Assembly: GCA_964291405.2 (NCBI GenBank) | Contig: OZ219926.1 | Span: 1,632,001-1,696,000, forward strand | DNA: 64,000 nt | Direction: 5' to 3' | Source: Thermodesulfobacteriota bacterium | Lineage (GTDB): Bacteria > Desulfobacterota > Binatia > Bin18 | In this document: one piece after another, positions 1 through 9,195 of the stretch | How positions within the stretch are numbered: the stretch's first letter is position 1 | Layout: each line of letters starts with the position of its first letter | Position numbers and translations under genes: made by a program | Notes under the pieces: model-generated | Seen by the model: the letters and a program-made list of their open reading frames with translations, nothing else | Told to the model about the DNA's origin: nothing | The model's database searches: none

Positions 1-507
1 CCTTTACAACGGCTACAGCTGCCGGTCTATCTCGGCCTGCTATCCTATCTCGGCGTCCTGGCGTGGTGTGCCGCCTCTGCCATTATGCTCTTCTCCGCCT
101 TTCTCCTTCGCCAAGGCCACCCTGACAGCCTACCGGCTCGCTTCCTGGTCTGGATGGGCATATTGGCAGCCATCCTTTTTCTCGACGATCTGTTTATGGT
201 GCACGACACGATTGTGCCCGTACACCTGCACCTCCCCGAGATGAGCTTTTACCTCGTCTATGCAGGGTATACAGGTTGGCTTCTTTTTCGGTTCTGGAGG
301 TTCATCCTTGAACAGACCGACTATATACTTTTCCTCCTTGCCGGTGTTTGTTTTGGCTCCAGTGTGGCCATTGATATCGACCTCATCCCTGGAAAGATTG
401 GCACTGAAGACACGCTCAAGATGTTCGGGATTATGATCCACTGTTATTACTGTATCCTGACCGCTGTACGCGCAGTCCGCTCAGCCCCTCCTCCTGGCCC
501 ACGCTAA
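1..507 (+). CDS. Multi-pass membrane hypothetical protein (5'-partial)
   Basis: Frame 1 is open from base 1 (PLQRLQLPVYLGLLSYLGVLAW...). It has several hydrophobic helices and an LDDLFMVHD motif. Confidence 0.7.
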   Translation, partial: PLQRLQLPVYLGLLSYLGVLAWCAASAIMLFSAFLLRQGHPDSLPARFLVWMGILAAILFLDDLFMVHDTIVPVHLHLPEMSFYLVYAGYTGWLLFRFWRFILEQTDYILFLLAGVCFGSSVAIDIDLIPGKIGTEDTLKMFGIMIHCYYCILTAVRAVRSAPPPGPR

Positions 508-631
508 CTGTTCTCCCGTTCTAGCCTGACAATCTCCAAATGAATGTTCCCACAGGGTTGTACCTTTTCGCATTTCACGTCATACTGCCGACCTTCCAGT
601 ACCGGTTTGTCATTAAGGTTGCATTTCAACT

Positions 632-695
632 TGGCCGTTACGGCCACGGGAACTCCGCACCGGCTGATGCTGGTGTGGACTGACCCGAGAGGAGG
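632..695 (+). promoter_or_regulatory. Structured 5' leader and SD of the RRM gene
   Basis: Hairpins TGGCCG-TTA-CGGCCA and TCCGCACCGGC-TGAT-GCTGGTGTGGA (with G-U pairs), the latter enclosed by CGGG/CCCG, followed directly by AGGAGG (690-695). Confidence 0.5.
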
Positions 696-700
696 TCATC

Positions 701-1081
701 ATCGGAAACAAGATTTTTGTTGGAAACTTGAACTTTGACACCACACGGGGCGAGCTGGAAGCGCTTTTTTCTGAAGTGGGTGAACTCGTCGAAGTTTTTC
801 TCCCGTCTGACAGGGCGACCGGCCGACCGCGGGGATTTGCCTTTGTCGAATTCACCGACCCCGCCTCTATTCCTGCTGCGGTAGAGCGCTTCGACGGGTA
901 CGAACTCGACGGTAGAAACCTCCGGGTCAACCAGGCAGAGGATCGTCCACCTCGACGGCCCTCACATCCTTCGGGTGGCGGTGGTGAGCGTTCTTTTGAA
1001 CGACCGTGGGGGGGACCGAGGGGCGGCGCAAAGCCAAAGGGCAGTCGTCGCAATCTTCGTAGAGGAAAGCGCAGTTTGTAG
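701..1081 (+). CDS. RRM (RNP-1) RNA-binding protein with Gly/Arg-rich tail; probable ATC start
   Basis: RNP2 (KIFVGNL) is encoded upstream of the ORF-track TTG at 728. RNP1 is RGFAFVEF. SD AGGAGG lies 5 nt before ATC701, and there is an in-frame TGA at 665-667. Confidence 0.9.
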   Translation: MGNKIFVGNLNFDTTRGELEALFSEVGELVEVFLPSDRATGRPRGFAFVEFTDPASIPAAVERFDGYELDGRNLRVNQAEDRPPRRPSHPSGGGGERSFERPWGGPRGGAKPKGSRRNLRRGKRSL

Positions 1082-1106
1082 ATTTCGTCTTCTCAGCTGT
1101 AACGTG

Positions 1107-1134
1107 GCGGCGGGCTCAACAGCCCGCCGTTTTT
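1107..1134 (+). terminator. Intrinsic terminator
   Basis: CGGCGGGCT-CAAC-AGCCCGCCG followed by TTTTT. Confidence 0.85.
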
Positions 1135-1318
1135 GCGCTTGACCCCTGCGCTGCTCGACCCCAATGGCAGGCGGACCGTCCACACTCCCCGGCTAGAAAG
1201 ATAAACGTACCCAGCACCTTCTGTCTGGTGGAGGACACGTTTACCCTTTACCTCATATCCAATACCTGACATTGTGGTCCGCATATCGACGCGTGCCAAA
1301 GCGTAACAGGAGGGACGT

Positions 1319-2089
1319 ATGCTTCAAGTTTTCTCTATGCCAGTGGGCTTTCTCGAATTCGACAGTCGGCTCTTCTTTCCGCAGGACGAGCAGGGAGAGC
1401 AGATCACTATTCCCGTACCGAGCTATTTGATCACGCACCCCAAAGGGAATGTAGTCTTTGACACCGGCGTACACTGCTCTTGCATAGACGACGCCAAGGG
1501 CCGTCTTGGCGATATTGCCGATGCGTTTGCCCCCCGCGCCAAACCGGGCGAGGAAATTGTCAGCCAGTTAGCGAAATTCAAGCTCACCCCGGATGATATC
1601 ACCTATGTGGCTAACTCGCACTTCCACTTCGATCATGCGGGTGGGAACGAGTTTTTTCCGCACTCGACCTTTCTCGTCCAGAAAAACGAGCTTGAGGCGT
1701 CAAAAGACCCGGCCCTCCGAGAAAAGGCGTTTTTTGACCCCCAGGACTACGATCACCCGCTCAACTATCAGCCCGTAAACGGTGAACTGGACATCTTTGA
1801 TGACGGTACGCTGGTACTTTTTCCAACTCATGGCCATACTCCAGGCCACCAGTCCATGCGTATTCGTATCACCAAAGGCACAGACATCGTGGTGACCGCG
1901 GATGCTTGTTACACCAAGCGCAATATGGATGAGAACATGTTGCCGTCGATTGCCTATGATACGGATGAGATGTATCGCTCGCTCGGTACGCTACGCGACC
2001 TGAGAGACAAACAAGGCGCAACGATTCTCTACGGCCACGACCCGGCCCAGTGGCAGCAGGTCAAACACGCCCCTGAGCCGCTGGCATAA
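1319..2089 (+). CDS. N-acyl-homoserine lactonase family metallo-beta-lactamase (AiiA/AttM-like)
   Basis: SHFHFDHAG (HxHxDH), GHTPGHQS, DACY and GHD motifs; SD AGGAGG. Confidence 0.85.
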   Translation: MLQVFSMPVGFLEFDSRLFFPQDEQGEQITIPVPSYLITHPKGNVVFDTGVHCSCIDDAKGRLGDIADAFAPRAKPGEEIVSQLAKFKLTPDDITYVANSHFHFDHAGGNEFFPHSTFLVQKNELEASKDPALREKAFFDPQDYDHPLNYQPVNGELDIFDDGTLVLFPTHGHTPGHQSMRIRITKGTDIVVTADACYTKRNMDENMLPSIAYDTDEMYRSLGTLRDLRDKQGATILYGHDPAQWQQVKHAPEPLA

Positions 2090-2097
2090 CCATCGAG

Positions 2098-2124
2098 AAC
2101 CGGGGCTCGGGTTTGAGCCCCGGT
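2098..2124. terminator. Hairpin between convergent genes
   Basis: ACCGGGGCTC-GGGTTT-GAGCCCCGGT inverted repeat. Confidence 0.6.
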
Positions 2125-2465
2125 CAGGACCAGGTTTTCCAGACCTCGGGGCAATGCCCGACCGTTGCTTCCTTGCCGTTGCGGACAACGGGCGTGCGCA
2201 TGAGAAGGGCGTCTTCAAGGAGCAGGGTTTCGATCCGGGCAGCGTTCAGCGAGGCGTGCGTCAGTCCTTTTTCAACAAAGCGCTTGCCGGCTGTATCGAT
2301 TAAATCCTTCAACGGGACACGCGCCGCCACCGAGCGCAGTTCGCCCTTAGACATTTCTTTTTGGCTGAGATCAATAAAATGAAAAGGAATGCGGCGCTCC
2401 TTGAAAAAGCGCTGGGCCTTACGGGTCTCAGAACATTTTTTCAGGCCAAAAATCTGAATATTCAT
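2124..2465 (-). CDS. ArsC/Spx/YffB-family thioredoxin-fold protein
   Basis: N-terminal IQIFGLKKCSETRKAQRFFK and C-terminal LMRTPVVRNGKEATVG; SD AAGGAG. Confidence 0.85.
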   Translation of the reverse strand: MNIQIFGLKKCSETRKAQRFFKERRIPFHFIDLSQKEMSKGELRSVAARVPLKDLIDTAGKRFVEKGLTHASLNAARIETLLLEDALLMRTPVVRNGKEATVGHCPEVWKTWS

Positions 2466-2588
2466 CGATTACTCCTTCTCCCGCGCCCACGGTCGGTAGA
2501 GGCCGGATCAGGCATTCTCCTTACTTGACAGAATCCTCAAATCACCCATAGGCTATACGCCCTCTTGTCCTACCAATCGGAGGGAGTT

Positions 2589-4709
2589 TTGTACAATAAG
2601 ACCTTTGTTCTTCTCTTTACCCTCTTCTTACTGGGGGAGTTTTTAGTCTTGCGCACCCAGGCACTCGCCCAGGAGCAGCAGTCGCCGGGATCCTCAGACA
2701 CGCCCAGTACCCAGACCCGGCCATTGAGCCCAACCGAGCTTGAGCCCATCGTCGTTACCGCGACCCGGAGCAATACCTCCCTGGCCGAGGTACCGGCAGC
2801 GGTGAGCGTCATTGACCGTTCAGATATCCAACTCGGGCTACCGACTGTCGGCTTTGAGGAGCCGCTCAGCCGTATCCCCGGCGTTTTTGCCCAGAACAGC
2901 GCGAATTTTGCCCAAGATTTCCGTCTCTCAATTCGTGGCTTTGGTACCCGGACCGCTTTTGGGGTGCGTGAGGTCAAGGTGCTGGTTGATGGCATCCCAG
3001 AGACCTCCCCGGACGGGCAAACCCAGCTTGATAATATCGATCTCGGGGCGGCCCAACGGATCGAGGTTTTGCGCGGGCCATCGTCTTCGCTGTACGGCAA
3101 TGCGTCCGGGGGCGTCATCAACATCATTACCGAGGACGGTCCAACCACACCGTTTCTTGAGACGCGCCTGATGGGAGGATCGTTTGGCCTCCAGAAATAT
3201 CAGGCAAAAACAGGGGGGCAGGCCGGCAAGCTGAATTATATGCTGAATGCCTCGTATCTGTCTCTGGGTGGTTTCCGGAATCATAGCCGCGCGCAAAATG
3301 TTTTGCTGACCGGCAAGCTGAAATACACGCTCAGCCCCACGTCCCATCTCACCACCCTGATGAGCTTTATGGACGCGCCCTTTGCCGACGACCCGGGCGG
3401 TATCACGCGGGCGCAGGTCGATGCGGACCGCGAGCAGGCCCGCGACCGGAATGTCCTGCTCGATTCGGGCGAACGGGTGACCCATGGCCGGCTCGGCTTT
3501 GTGTATCGCAACCAGTTTCTCCCAGGGCACGAACTCACAGTCACGCAGTACTCTGTATTCCGTCAGTTCGAGACCAAGCTACCCATCATTCCCCGCTTCG
3601 GTTCCGGTGTGGTCAAATTTGACCGCTTTGGGGTCGGTGGCAGCGTCAAGTACGCGCATGACGGTCGGTTCTTCGGGTTTCGGAATCGTTTTATGCTAGG
3701 CGTTGACGTCGAGTTGCAGGCCGATAATCGCCGCCGGTTTGATAATAACGAGGGGGATGTTGGTCAGCGCCGCTTCCACCAAGACGAAGACGTGCGCAGC
3801 GTCGGCCCGTTCCTGCACGACGTCTTCTATCTGCGCGACAATCTCCAGCTCAGTTTTGGGCTGCGCTACGACGATGTCCGTTTTTCGGTGAATGATCAGT
3901 TTCTCGAAGACGGCGACCAGTCCGGCGTGCAGACCTTCGATCACATCAGTCCCATGGGAGGCATTCTGTACAGCCCGCTTGAGAATCTGCACGTGTATGC
4001 CAATGTCTCCACCGCATTCCAGGTGCCGACCACGACCGAGTTGGCCCGGCCCGACGAAGGGGGAGGCTTCAATAACGACCTGAATCCGCAGCAAGCTCTG
4101 AATTACGAAATCGGGGCACGCGGCAATATCTGGAGCCGCCTCACGTATAATTTTGCCCTGTTCTGGATTGTCATCGATGACGAACTGGTGGCGTTTGAGA
4201 GCGAATCGGGCCGGAACTTCTTTCGCAACGCGGGCCGTTCTGAGCGGAAGGGGCTGGAACTCGCGTTTGATATCACCCTGATGGAAGGTCTCCGCTGGAC
4301 CCTGGCCTATAGTTTCCTCGATGCTGAATTTGACCGTTTTATTACCCCGAGCGGTCGCTTTGATAATAAAGACGAGCCCGGCATTCCCCCGCATCAACTC
4401 TTTACCGAACTCTTCTACGCTCATCCCTCCGGCTTCTACGGCGCGTTGAGCATTCAGCACGTGGATGACTTCTATGTGAATAACGCCAACTCGGCAGAGA
4501 ACGATGCGTACACCGTGCTGAATCTGCGCATGGGCTATGAAATGATGGTGGGGAACAGCCGTATCGCACCCTTTGTCGGTATCCGAAACATTGCCGACGA
4601 CGGCTATAACGGCCTCACCCGTCTGAACGCACTGGGCGGACGTTTCTTCGAGCCCTCAGCCGGTATCAACGCCTACGGTGGCGTGACTGTGAGCTACGAT
4701 TTCTTATAG
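2589..4709 (+). CDS. TonB-dependent receptor (YncD/FecA-like)
   Basis: Signal peptide, TonB box EPIVVTATR, plug motifs LSIRGFG and IEVLRGPSSSLYG, aromatic C-terminus. TTG2589 follows GGAGG (ORF track starts at 2565). TTGACA at 2525. Confidence 0.9.
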   Translation: MYNKTFVLLFTLFLLGEFLVLRTQALAQEQQSPGSSDTPSTQTRPLSPTELEPIVVTATRSNTSLAEVPAAVSVIDRSDIQLGLPTVGFEEPLSRIPGVFAQNSANFAQDFRLSIRGFGTRTAFGVREVKVLVDGIPETSPDGQTQLDNIDLGAAQRIEVLRGPSSSLYGNASGGVINIITEDGPTTPFLETRLMGGSFGLQKYQAKTGGQAGKLNYMLNASYLSLGGFRNHSRAQNVLLTGKLKYTLSPTSHLTTLMSFMDAPFADDPGGITRAQVDADREQARDRNVLLDSGERVTHGRLGFVYRNQFLPGHELTVTQYSVFRQFETKLPIIPRFGSGVVKFDRFGVGGSVKYAHDGRFFGFRNRFMLGVDVELQADNRRRFDNNEGDVGQRRFHQDEDVRSVGPFLHDVFYLRDNLQLSFGLRYDDVRFSVNDQFLEDGDQSGVQTFDHISPMGGILYSPLENLHVYANVSTAFQVPTTTELARPDEGGGFNNDLNPQQALNYEIGARGNIWSRLTYNFALFWIVIDDELVAFESESGRNFFRNAGRSERKGLELAFDITLMEGLRWTLAYSFLDAEFDRFITPSGRFDNKDEPGIPPHQLFTELFYAHPSGFYGALSIQHVDDFYVNNANSAENDAYTVLNLRMGYEMMVGNSRIAPFVGIRNIADDGYNGLTRLNALGGRFFEPSAGINAYGGVTVSYDFL

Positions 4710-4754
4710 ACCGCAGCGTATACAGACGGATCGAAAGCTTACGGGAGTTGGGAC

Positions 4755-4841
4755 ATGGATATTATCGTCTCCCTGGTTTTTCTGGCGTTTGTCGGCACGC
4801 TGATCTATTGCGCCCTTGATGCGCTACGCCGAACCAAGTAG
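4755..4841 (+). CDS. Putative 28-aa single-TM small protein (not in ORF track)
   Basis: GGGAG SD, then ATG; translates MDIIVSLVFLAFVGTLIYCALDALRRTK*. Confidence 0.5.
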   Translation: MDIIVSLVFLAFVGTLIYCALDALRRTK

Positions 4842-5957
4842 CTACCTTTCCCCCAGGCCCTCAAACCACGGCATCACCAGCGTCTCGTTGATCGAGTACG
4901 GATAGGCGTGGCCCCAATCCGGCAGTTCCTTATAGGTCACGTTGTAGCCCAGCTTTGTCAGTCCATCGTGCGTCTGTCGGGTGACATCAACGGCAAAGAT
5001 CGGGTCCTGTTCGCCATGCACGATAAAGATGGGCAGGTCTTTGCCCTGACCGCGCCTCAAGAGATGATTGATCGCGGGATGAATCCGCCCGGCCACCGGG
5101 GCAATGCCAGCAAAAATATCCGCATACGCGAGCCCGAGGACATAGGTAAAAATTCCCCCGTCAGAGAATCCGGTGAGATACACGCGCCCGCGGTCCACCG
5201 CATAGGTATCCCACACCTCTTCCAGCATCGTGAGGATAGAGCGGCGGTCCAGAACGGGATTCGGAGGGATGCCGGGCAAACGAATAGCCGACCAGGTTTC
5301 CCGCACCGACTTCGGGGCGAGCAGCATATAGCCCTTGCTCTTTGCGGCCCGGAGCCACGTCAGCAGATAGTCGTCTTCCCGGCTGTAGCCGCTGTGGAGA
5401 CAAACAATGAGTGGCCATTCGGTGTGCGGCGTATAATTCTCGGGCACATATAAGGCATAGGCCGAGCGTTGCTCCTCTCGTTCTTTGCGGATGATGCCGA
5501 CCGGGACGTCCAGGTCCGGCGTTTGCATTTCCAAGGCCGGGAGAGATGTCAGGACATCCGGGAAAACCCAGTGTTGTTGGAGGATGGGCAGCCCGGCCCG
5601 CAGTTCGTACAACAGATGTTTCCCCCGGCAGAACTCATACCGCCCTTTCAGGAAATCCATGGCAAATTCTTGGCCGGTGAAAAGCAACAGGAACGCATAG
5701 GCGTCGGCACAATGCTGAACCGCTTTGCTGAACGTGGTGTGAAACTCTTGAAGCGGCTCCGGTGGAGAAAAGAGTGCTAGGTCTGCCTGTAATGCCTCGA
5801 CCGTCTCCCCGAGTCTATCTTTCAACTGGGCATTCTGTTCGGCCAGGCGATGGATATGGAGCCCTTCGAGATGAGCTTCGATTGTCCGCAGGAAGTCCAG
5901 GAGCCGTTGCTCAGCTTGCCGCATTCCAGCGGTGTATTGATCGCCCTGTGTTTCCAT
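4842..5957 (-). CDS. Alpha/beta hydrolase (phospholipase/carboxylesterase-type) with N-terminal extension
   Basis: GFSDG nucleophile elbow, HGEQD and WGH triad motifs. The start METQ follows GGAGGG. Confidence 0.8.
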   Translation of the reverse strand: METQGDQYTAGMRQAEQRLLDFLRTIEAHLEGLHIHRLAEQNAQLKDRLGETVEALQADLALFSPPEPLQEFHTTFSKAVQHCADAYAFLLLFTGQEFAMDFLKGRYEFCRGKHLLYELRAGLPILQQHWVFPDVLTSLPALEMQTPDLDVPVGIIRKEREEQRSAYALYVPENYTPHTEWPLIVCLHSGYSREDDYLLTWLRAAKSKGYMLLAPKSVRETWSAIRLPGIPPNPVLDRRSILTMLEEVWDTYAVDRGRVYLTGFSDGGIFTYVLGLAYADIFAGIAPVAGRIHPAINHLLRRGQGKDLPIFIVHGEQDPIFAVDVTRQTHDGLTKLGYNVTYKELPDWGHAYPYSINETLVMPWFEGLGER

Positions 5958-6102
5958 GGCCCCCTCCCTTTTGGACATGGATGACCGAAATCAAGATCAG
6001 ACCTGACAAGGTAGCCCTGGTCCCCTTCTCCTTGACAGCGAAGAAAGAGTCATGTTTCTCTGCTGCAACCGTCGATCACCAGACTGTCATATCAGGCTTT
6101 AT

Positions 6103-7413
6103 ATGGAAAACACACAAGCGATTCCCGCTATAGAGACACCCACCTCAAACGCAGAAGACAGTCAGCTCTCCCGCCTGCTCAAAACCCTGGGGCCGGGCCT
6201 GCTGTTTGCCAGCACCGCTATCGGCGTCTCACATCTGGTGCAGTCAACCCGTGCGGGAGCCAGCTATGGCTATGCCCTGCTGTGGGCGATCATTATCGCC
6301 AATCTCTTGAAGTACCCGTCCTTTGAGTATGGTTCGCGGTACGCGAACGCGACCGGAGAAAGCCTGATCGATGGCTATAAGCGATTTGGGAACTGGGCCC
6401 TCTACCTCTACCTGTTCATTACGGTCAGCCCGATGTCCATCATTATCGCGGCCATCTGTTTTACCACCGCCGGACTGCTGAACAATCTGCTCGCCCTCGA
6501 CCTGCCCGTTATCCACACCGCCCTGTTCCTGATCGTTGGCTGCGTCAGCATTTTGCTGGTCGGGAAATACAGCGCCCTGGACAGTCTCATTAAAGTCATT
6601 TGTACGGTGCTGTTTCTCTCCACCCTGACTGCCTTTATCCTGACCCTCTTGCGTGGTCCGACCGCGCCGGTGCTCTTCTACTCGTCCGAGGTCTGGACCG
6701 CCTCGGGCTTTGCCTTTCTGATTGCCCTCATGGGCTGGATGCCGGCCCCCCTGGATTTATCGGCCCTCAACAGTCTCTGGACGCTTGAGCGTTTTCAGCA
6801 GACCGGCTACCGGCCGACCCTGCGGGAGACCCTACTCGACTTTAATGTTGCGTATGTGATGACGGCGTTTTTGGCTGTCTGTTTTATGACGCTGGGGGCC
6901 TTCATCATGTACGGTTCCGGGCAGTCCTTCTCGAATCAGAGCGGGACGCAGTTCACGCATGAGGTGATTCGGCTCTACACCGCCACGCTTGGAGACTGGA
7001 GCTATCTCATTATCGCCTCTTCGGCTTTTTCCGTCATGTTCGGCACCGCCCTAGTCATCTTTGACGGCTATGCCAGGGCCATGGATCGCACCTGGGCGTT
7101 GTTGTTTTCCCGTCGCCAGGACGGACAGGGTAGCCGTACGGTCTATAACGCCTGGCTCCTCATTGGCGCGGTTGGCGGCTATCTGATTATTGCGCTGTTT
7201 CTCACCAGTTTTACCACCTTAATCGACTTGGCCACGGTTATCTCCTTTCTGGTCGCGCCGATTATTGCCCTGGCCAATCATCGGCTCGTCCTCAGCCCCC
7301 ACGTACCACAAGCCGCGCATCCTCCGCACTGGCTGCGAATGCTGAGTTGGACCGGCATCGTCTTTCTGACGGTCTTTACCCTGGTATACATCGGTATGCG
7401 CCTCATGCCGTGA
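6103..7413 (+). CDS. Nramp/YcsG-like divalent cation (APC superfamily) transporter
   Basis: LGPGLLFASTAIGVSHLVQSTRAGA and LMGWMPAP motifs; about 11 TM segments. Confidence 0.8.
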   Translation: MENTQAIPAIETPTSNAEDSQLSRLLKTLGPGLLFASTAIGVSHLVQSTRAGASYGYALLWAIIIANLLKYPSFEYGSRYANATGESLIDGYKRFGNWALYLYLFITVSPMSIIIAAICFTTAGLLNNLLALDLPVIHTALFLIVGCVSILLVGKYSALDSLIKVICTVLFLSTLTAFILTLLRGPTAPVLFYSSEVWTASGFAFLIALMGWMPAPLDLSALNSLWTLERFQQTGYRPTLRETLLDFNVAYVMTAFLAVCFMTLGAFIMYGSGQSFSNQSGTQFTHEVIRLYTATLGDWSYLIIASSAFSVMFGTALVIFDGYARAMDRTWALLFSRRQDGQGSRTVYNAWLLIGAVGGYLIIALFLTSFTTLIDLATVISFLVAPIIALANHRLVLSPHVPQAAHPPHWLRMLSWTGIVFLTVFTLVYIGMRLMP

Positions 7414-7484
7414 TAAGATGTCAACGTCCGCAACGACTGAAGAGTTACAATCTGAGCGCCAAATCCGTAGCGGGAGAGGAAGGC

Positions 7485-9053
7485 ATGAGCCAAGTGGCCC
7501 AACACGCGCGGCCGGACGGCAGACCCGGCTACGGGAGCGGTCGGAGCGCTACCCGGATCTCGGGTCTGGATATCGACAAGGCGGTCTTCCCGGTTTCCGC
7601 ACTCACCATCGGCGTCTTTGTCCTCGGCGCGCTGCTGTTCCCGGAGAGGGCGACACAAGTCTTTGGGGATACCCGGACTTGGCTCGCCACCCGGTTCGAC
7701 TGGCTGTTCCTGCTCACCGCCAACTTCGTCGTGCTGTTCTGCCTATTTGTGGCGATCTCCCCGCTCGGCAAGGTGCGGCTCGGCGGACGGGAGGCCGTCC
7801 CCGAGTATTCCTCTGTCAGTTGGTTCGCTATGCTCTTTGCAGCCGGCATAGGTATCGGGCTGATGTTCTTCGGGGTGCTGGAGCCGGTCCAACACTTTCT
7901 GCATCCCCCGCTCGGTATTGAGACCGCCGCCATCGAGACGGCCCGCACCCTCGGCATCGCTGCGGCGACTTTTCACTGGGGTGTGCACGGTTGGGCCATC
8001 TACGCGCTTGTGGGTCTCGCCCTGGCATTCTTCAGCTATAACCGGGGCCTGCCGCTCACGATTCGCTCCGCCTTCTATCCCCTGCTCGGTGACCGCATCT
8101 GGGGCTGGGCCGGCCACCTGATTGATACGCTGGCCGTCTTTACAACCGTGTTTGGTCTTGCCACCTCGCTCGGCTTGGGTGCCAATCAGGTGACGGGTGG
8201 CCTCCACTACCTGTTCGGGATTCCGGCCACCGATCTTACCAAGGTGGTGCTTATTGTGCTGATCACCGCCGTGGCGACAGGCTCGGTGCTGACCGGGCTT
8301 AATGTCGGCATCAAGCGTCTCAGCGAGTTGAACGCGATTCTGGCGGTGTTGCTACTGGTGTGCATTATCGGGATCGGACCAACCCTCTATATCTGGGCTG
8401 GCTTCTTCAGCGGGCTTGGCAGCTACCTGACCGCAATAGTGCCGCTCAGCAACTGGGTAGGCCGGCAGGACACCGCCTTCCTGCACGACTGGACCACCTT
8501 CTACCTAGCCTGGTGGCTCTCCTGGGCACCGTTCGTCGGTATTTTCATCGCCCGCATTTCCAAGGGCCGGACAGTCCGCGAGTTCTTAATCTGCGTACTC
8601 CTCCTGCCGACCCTGTTCGGTTTACTGTGGATGAGTGCTTTTGGCGGGACCGCCGTCCACCAATATCTCACCGACGGCTACACCGGCGTGATCGATACCG
8701 TTACCGCGTGGACACCGGAGTTGGCGCTGTTCAAAATGCTCGAACCACTGCCGCTGGCAGGTCTGCTTTCTCTCGTCGCTCTCGTCCTGATCGTCATCTT
8801 CTTCGTCACCTCATCGGACTCCGGCTCGCTGGTCGTCGCGACCATCACCGCCGGCGGCAATGTCAACGTCCCGGTTATGCAGTGCATGTTCTGGTGCGTG
8901 CTCGAAGGGCTGGTCGCCATTGCGCTCCTGCTCGGCGGTGGTCTGCTTTCCTTGCAGGCCGCCGCGCTCGCGGCGGGTTTCCCGTTCACTCTGGTCCTCA
9001 TCGGGATGGCCCTCACAACTTGGGTAGAACTGCGCCGCGAAGTGCGTGAATGA
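7485..9053 (+). CDS. BCCT family (betaine/choline/carnitine) transporter
   Basis: WFAMLFAAGIGIGLMF, FHWG, WWLSWAPFVGIFIARISKGRTVREF and FFVTSSDS motifs. Confidence 0.92.
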   Translation: MSQVAQHARPDGRPGYGSGRSATRISGLDIDKAVFPVSALTIGVFVLGALLFPERATQVFGDTRTWLATRFDWLFLLTANFVVLFCLFVAISPLGKVRLGGREAVPEYSSVSWFAMLFAAGIGIGLMFFGVLEPVQHFLHPPLGIETAAIETARTLGIAAATFHWGVHGWAIYALVGLALAFFSYNRGLPLTIRSAFYPLLGDRIWGWAGHLIDTLAVFTTVFGLATSLGLGANQVTGGLHYLFGIPATDLTKVVLIVLITAVATGSVLTGLNVGIKRLSELNAILAVLLLVCIIGIGPTLYIWAGFFSGLGSYLTAIVPLSNWVGRQDTAFLHDWTTFYLAWWLSWAPFVGIFIARISKGRTVREFLICVLLLPTLFGLLWMSAFGGTAVHQYLTDGYTGVIDTVTAWTPELALFKMLEPLPLAGLLSLVALVLIVIFFVTSSDSGSLVVATITAGGNVNVPVMQCMFWCVLEGLVAIALLLGGGLLSLQAAALAAGFPFTLVLIGMALTTWVELRREVRE

Positions 9054-9195
9054 TGGAAATTGTCGAGCTTTTATTCGTAATTCTCAATTGTGCGTTGGGA
9101 ACGAGACATGCTGACTCAAGACGGGGGTCGGCGGGACATTGACGCGTGCTGCACGGTGATGTTTACAGGGAGGAGAAAGACGGTAGGAAGACGTT

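Noticed and set aside
9054-9195. Cobalamin riboswitch or Fur box before the tandem receptors
   Set aside because: No B12-box or Fur-like consensus recognisable.
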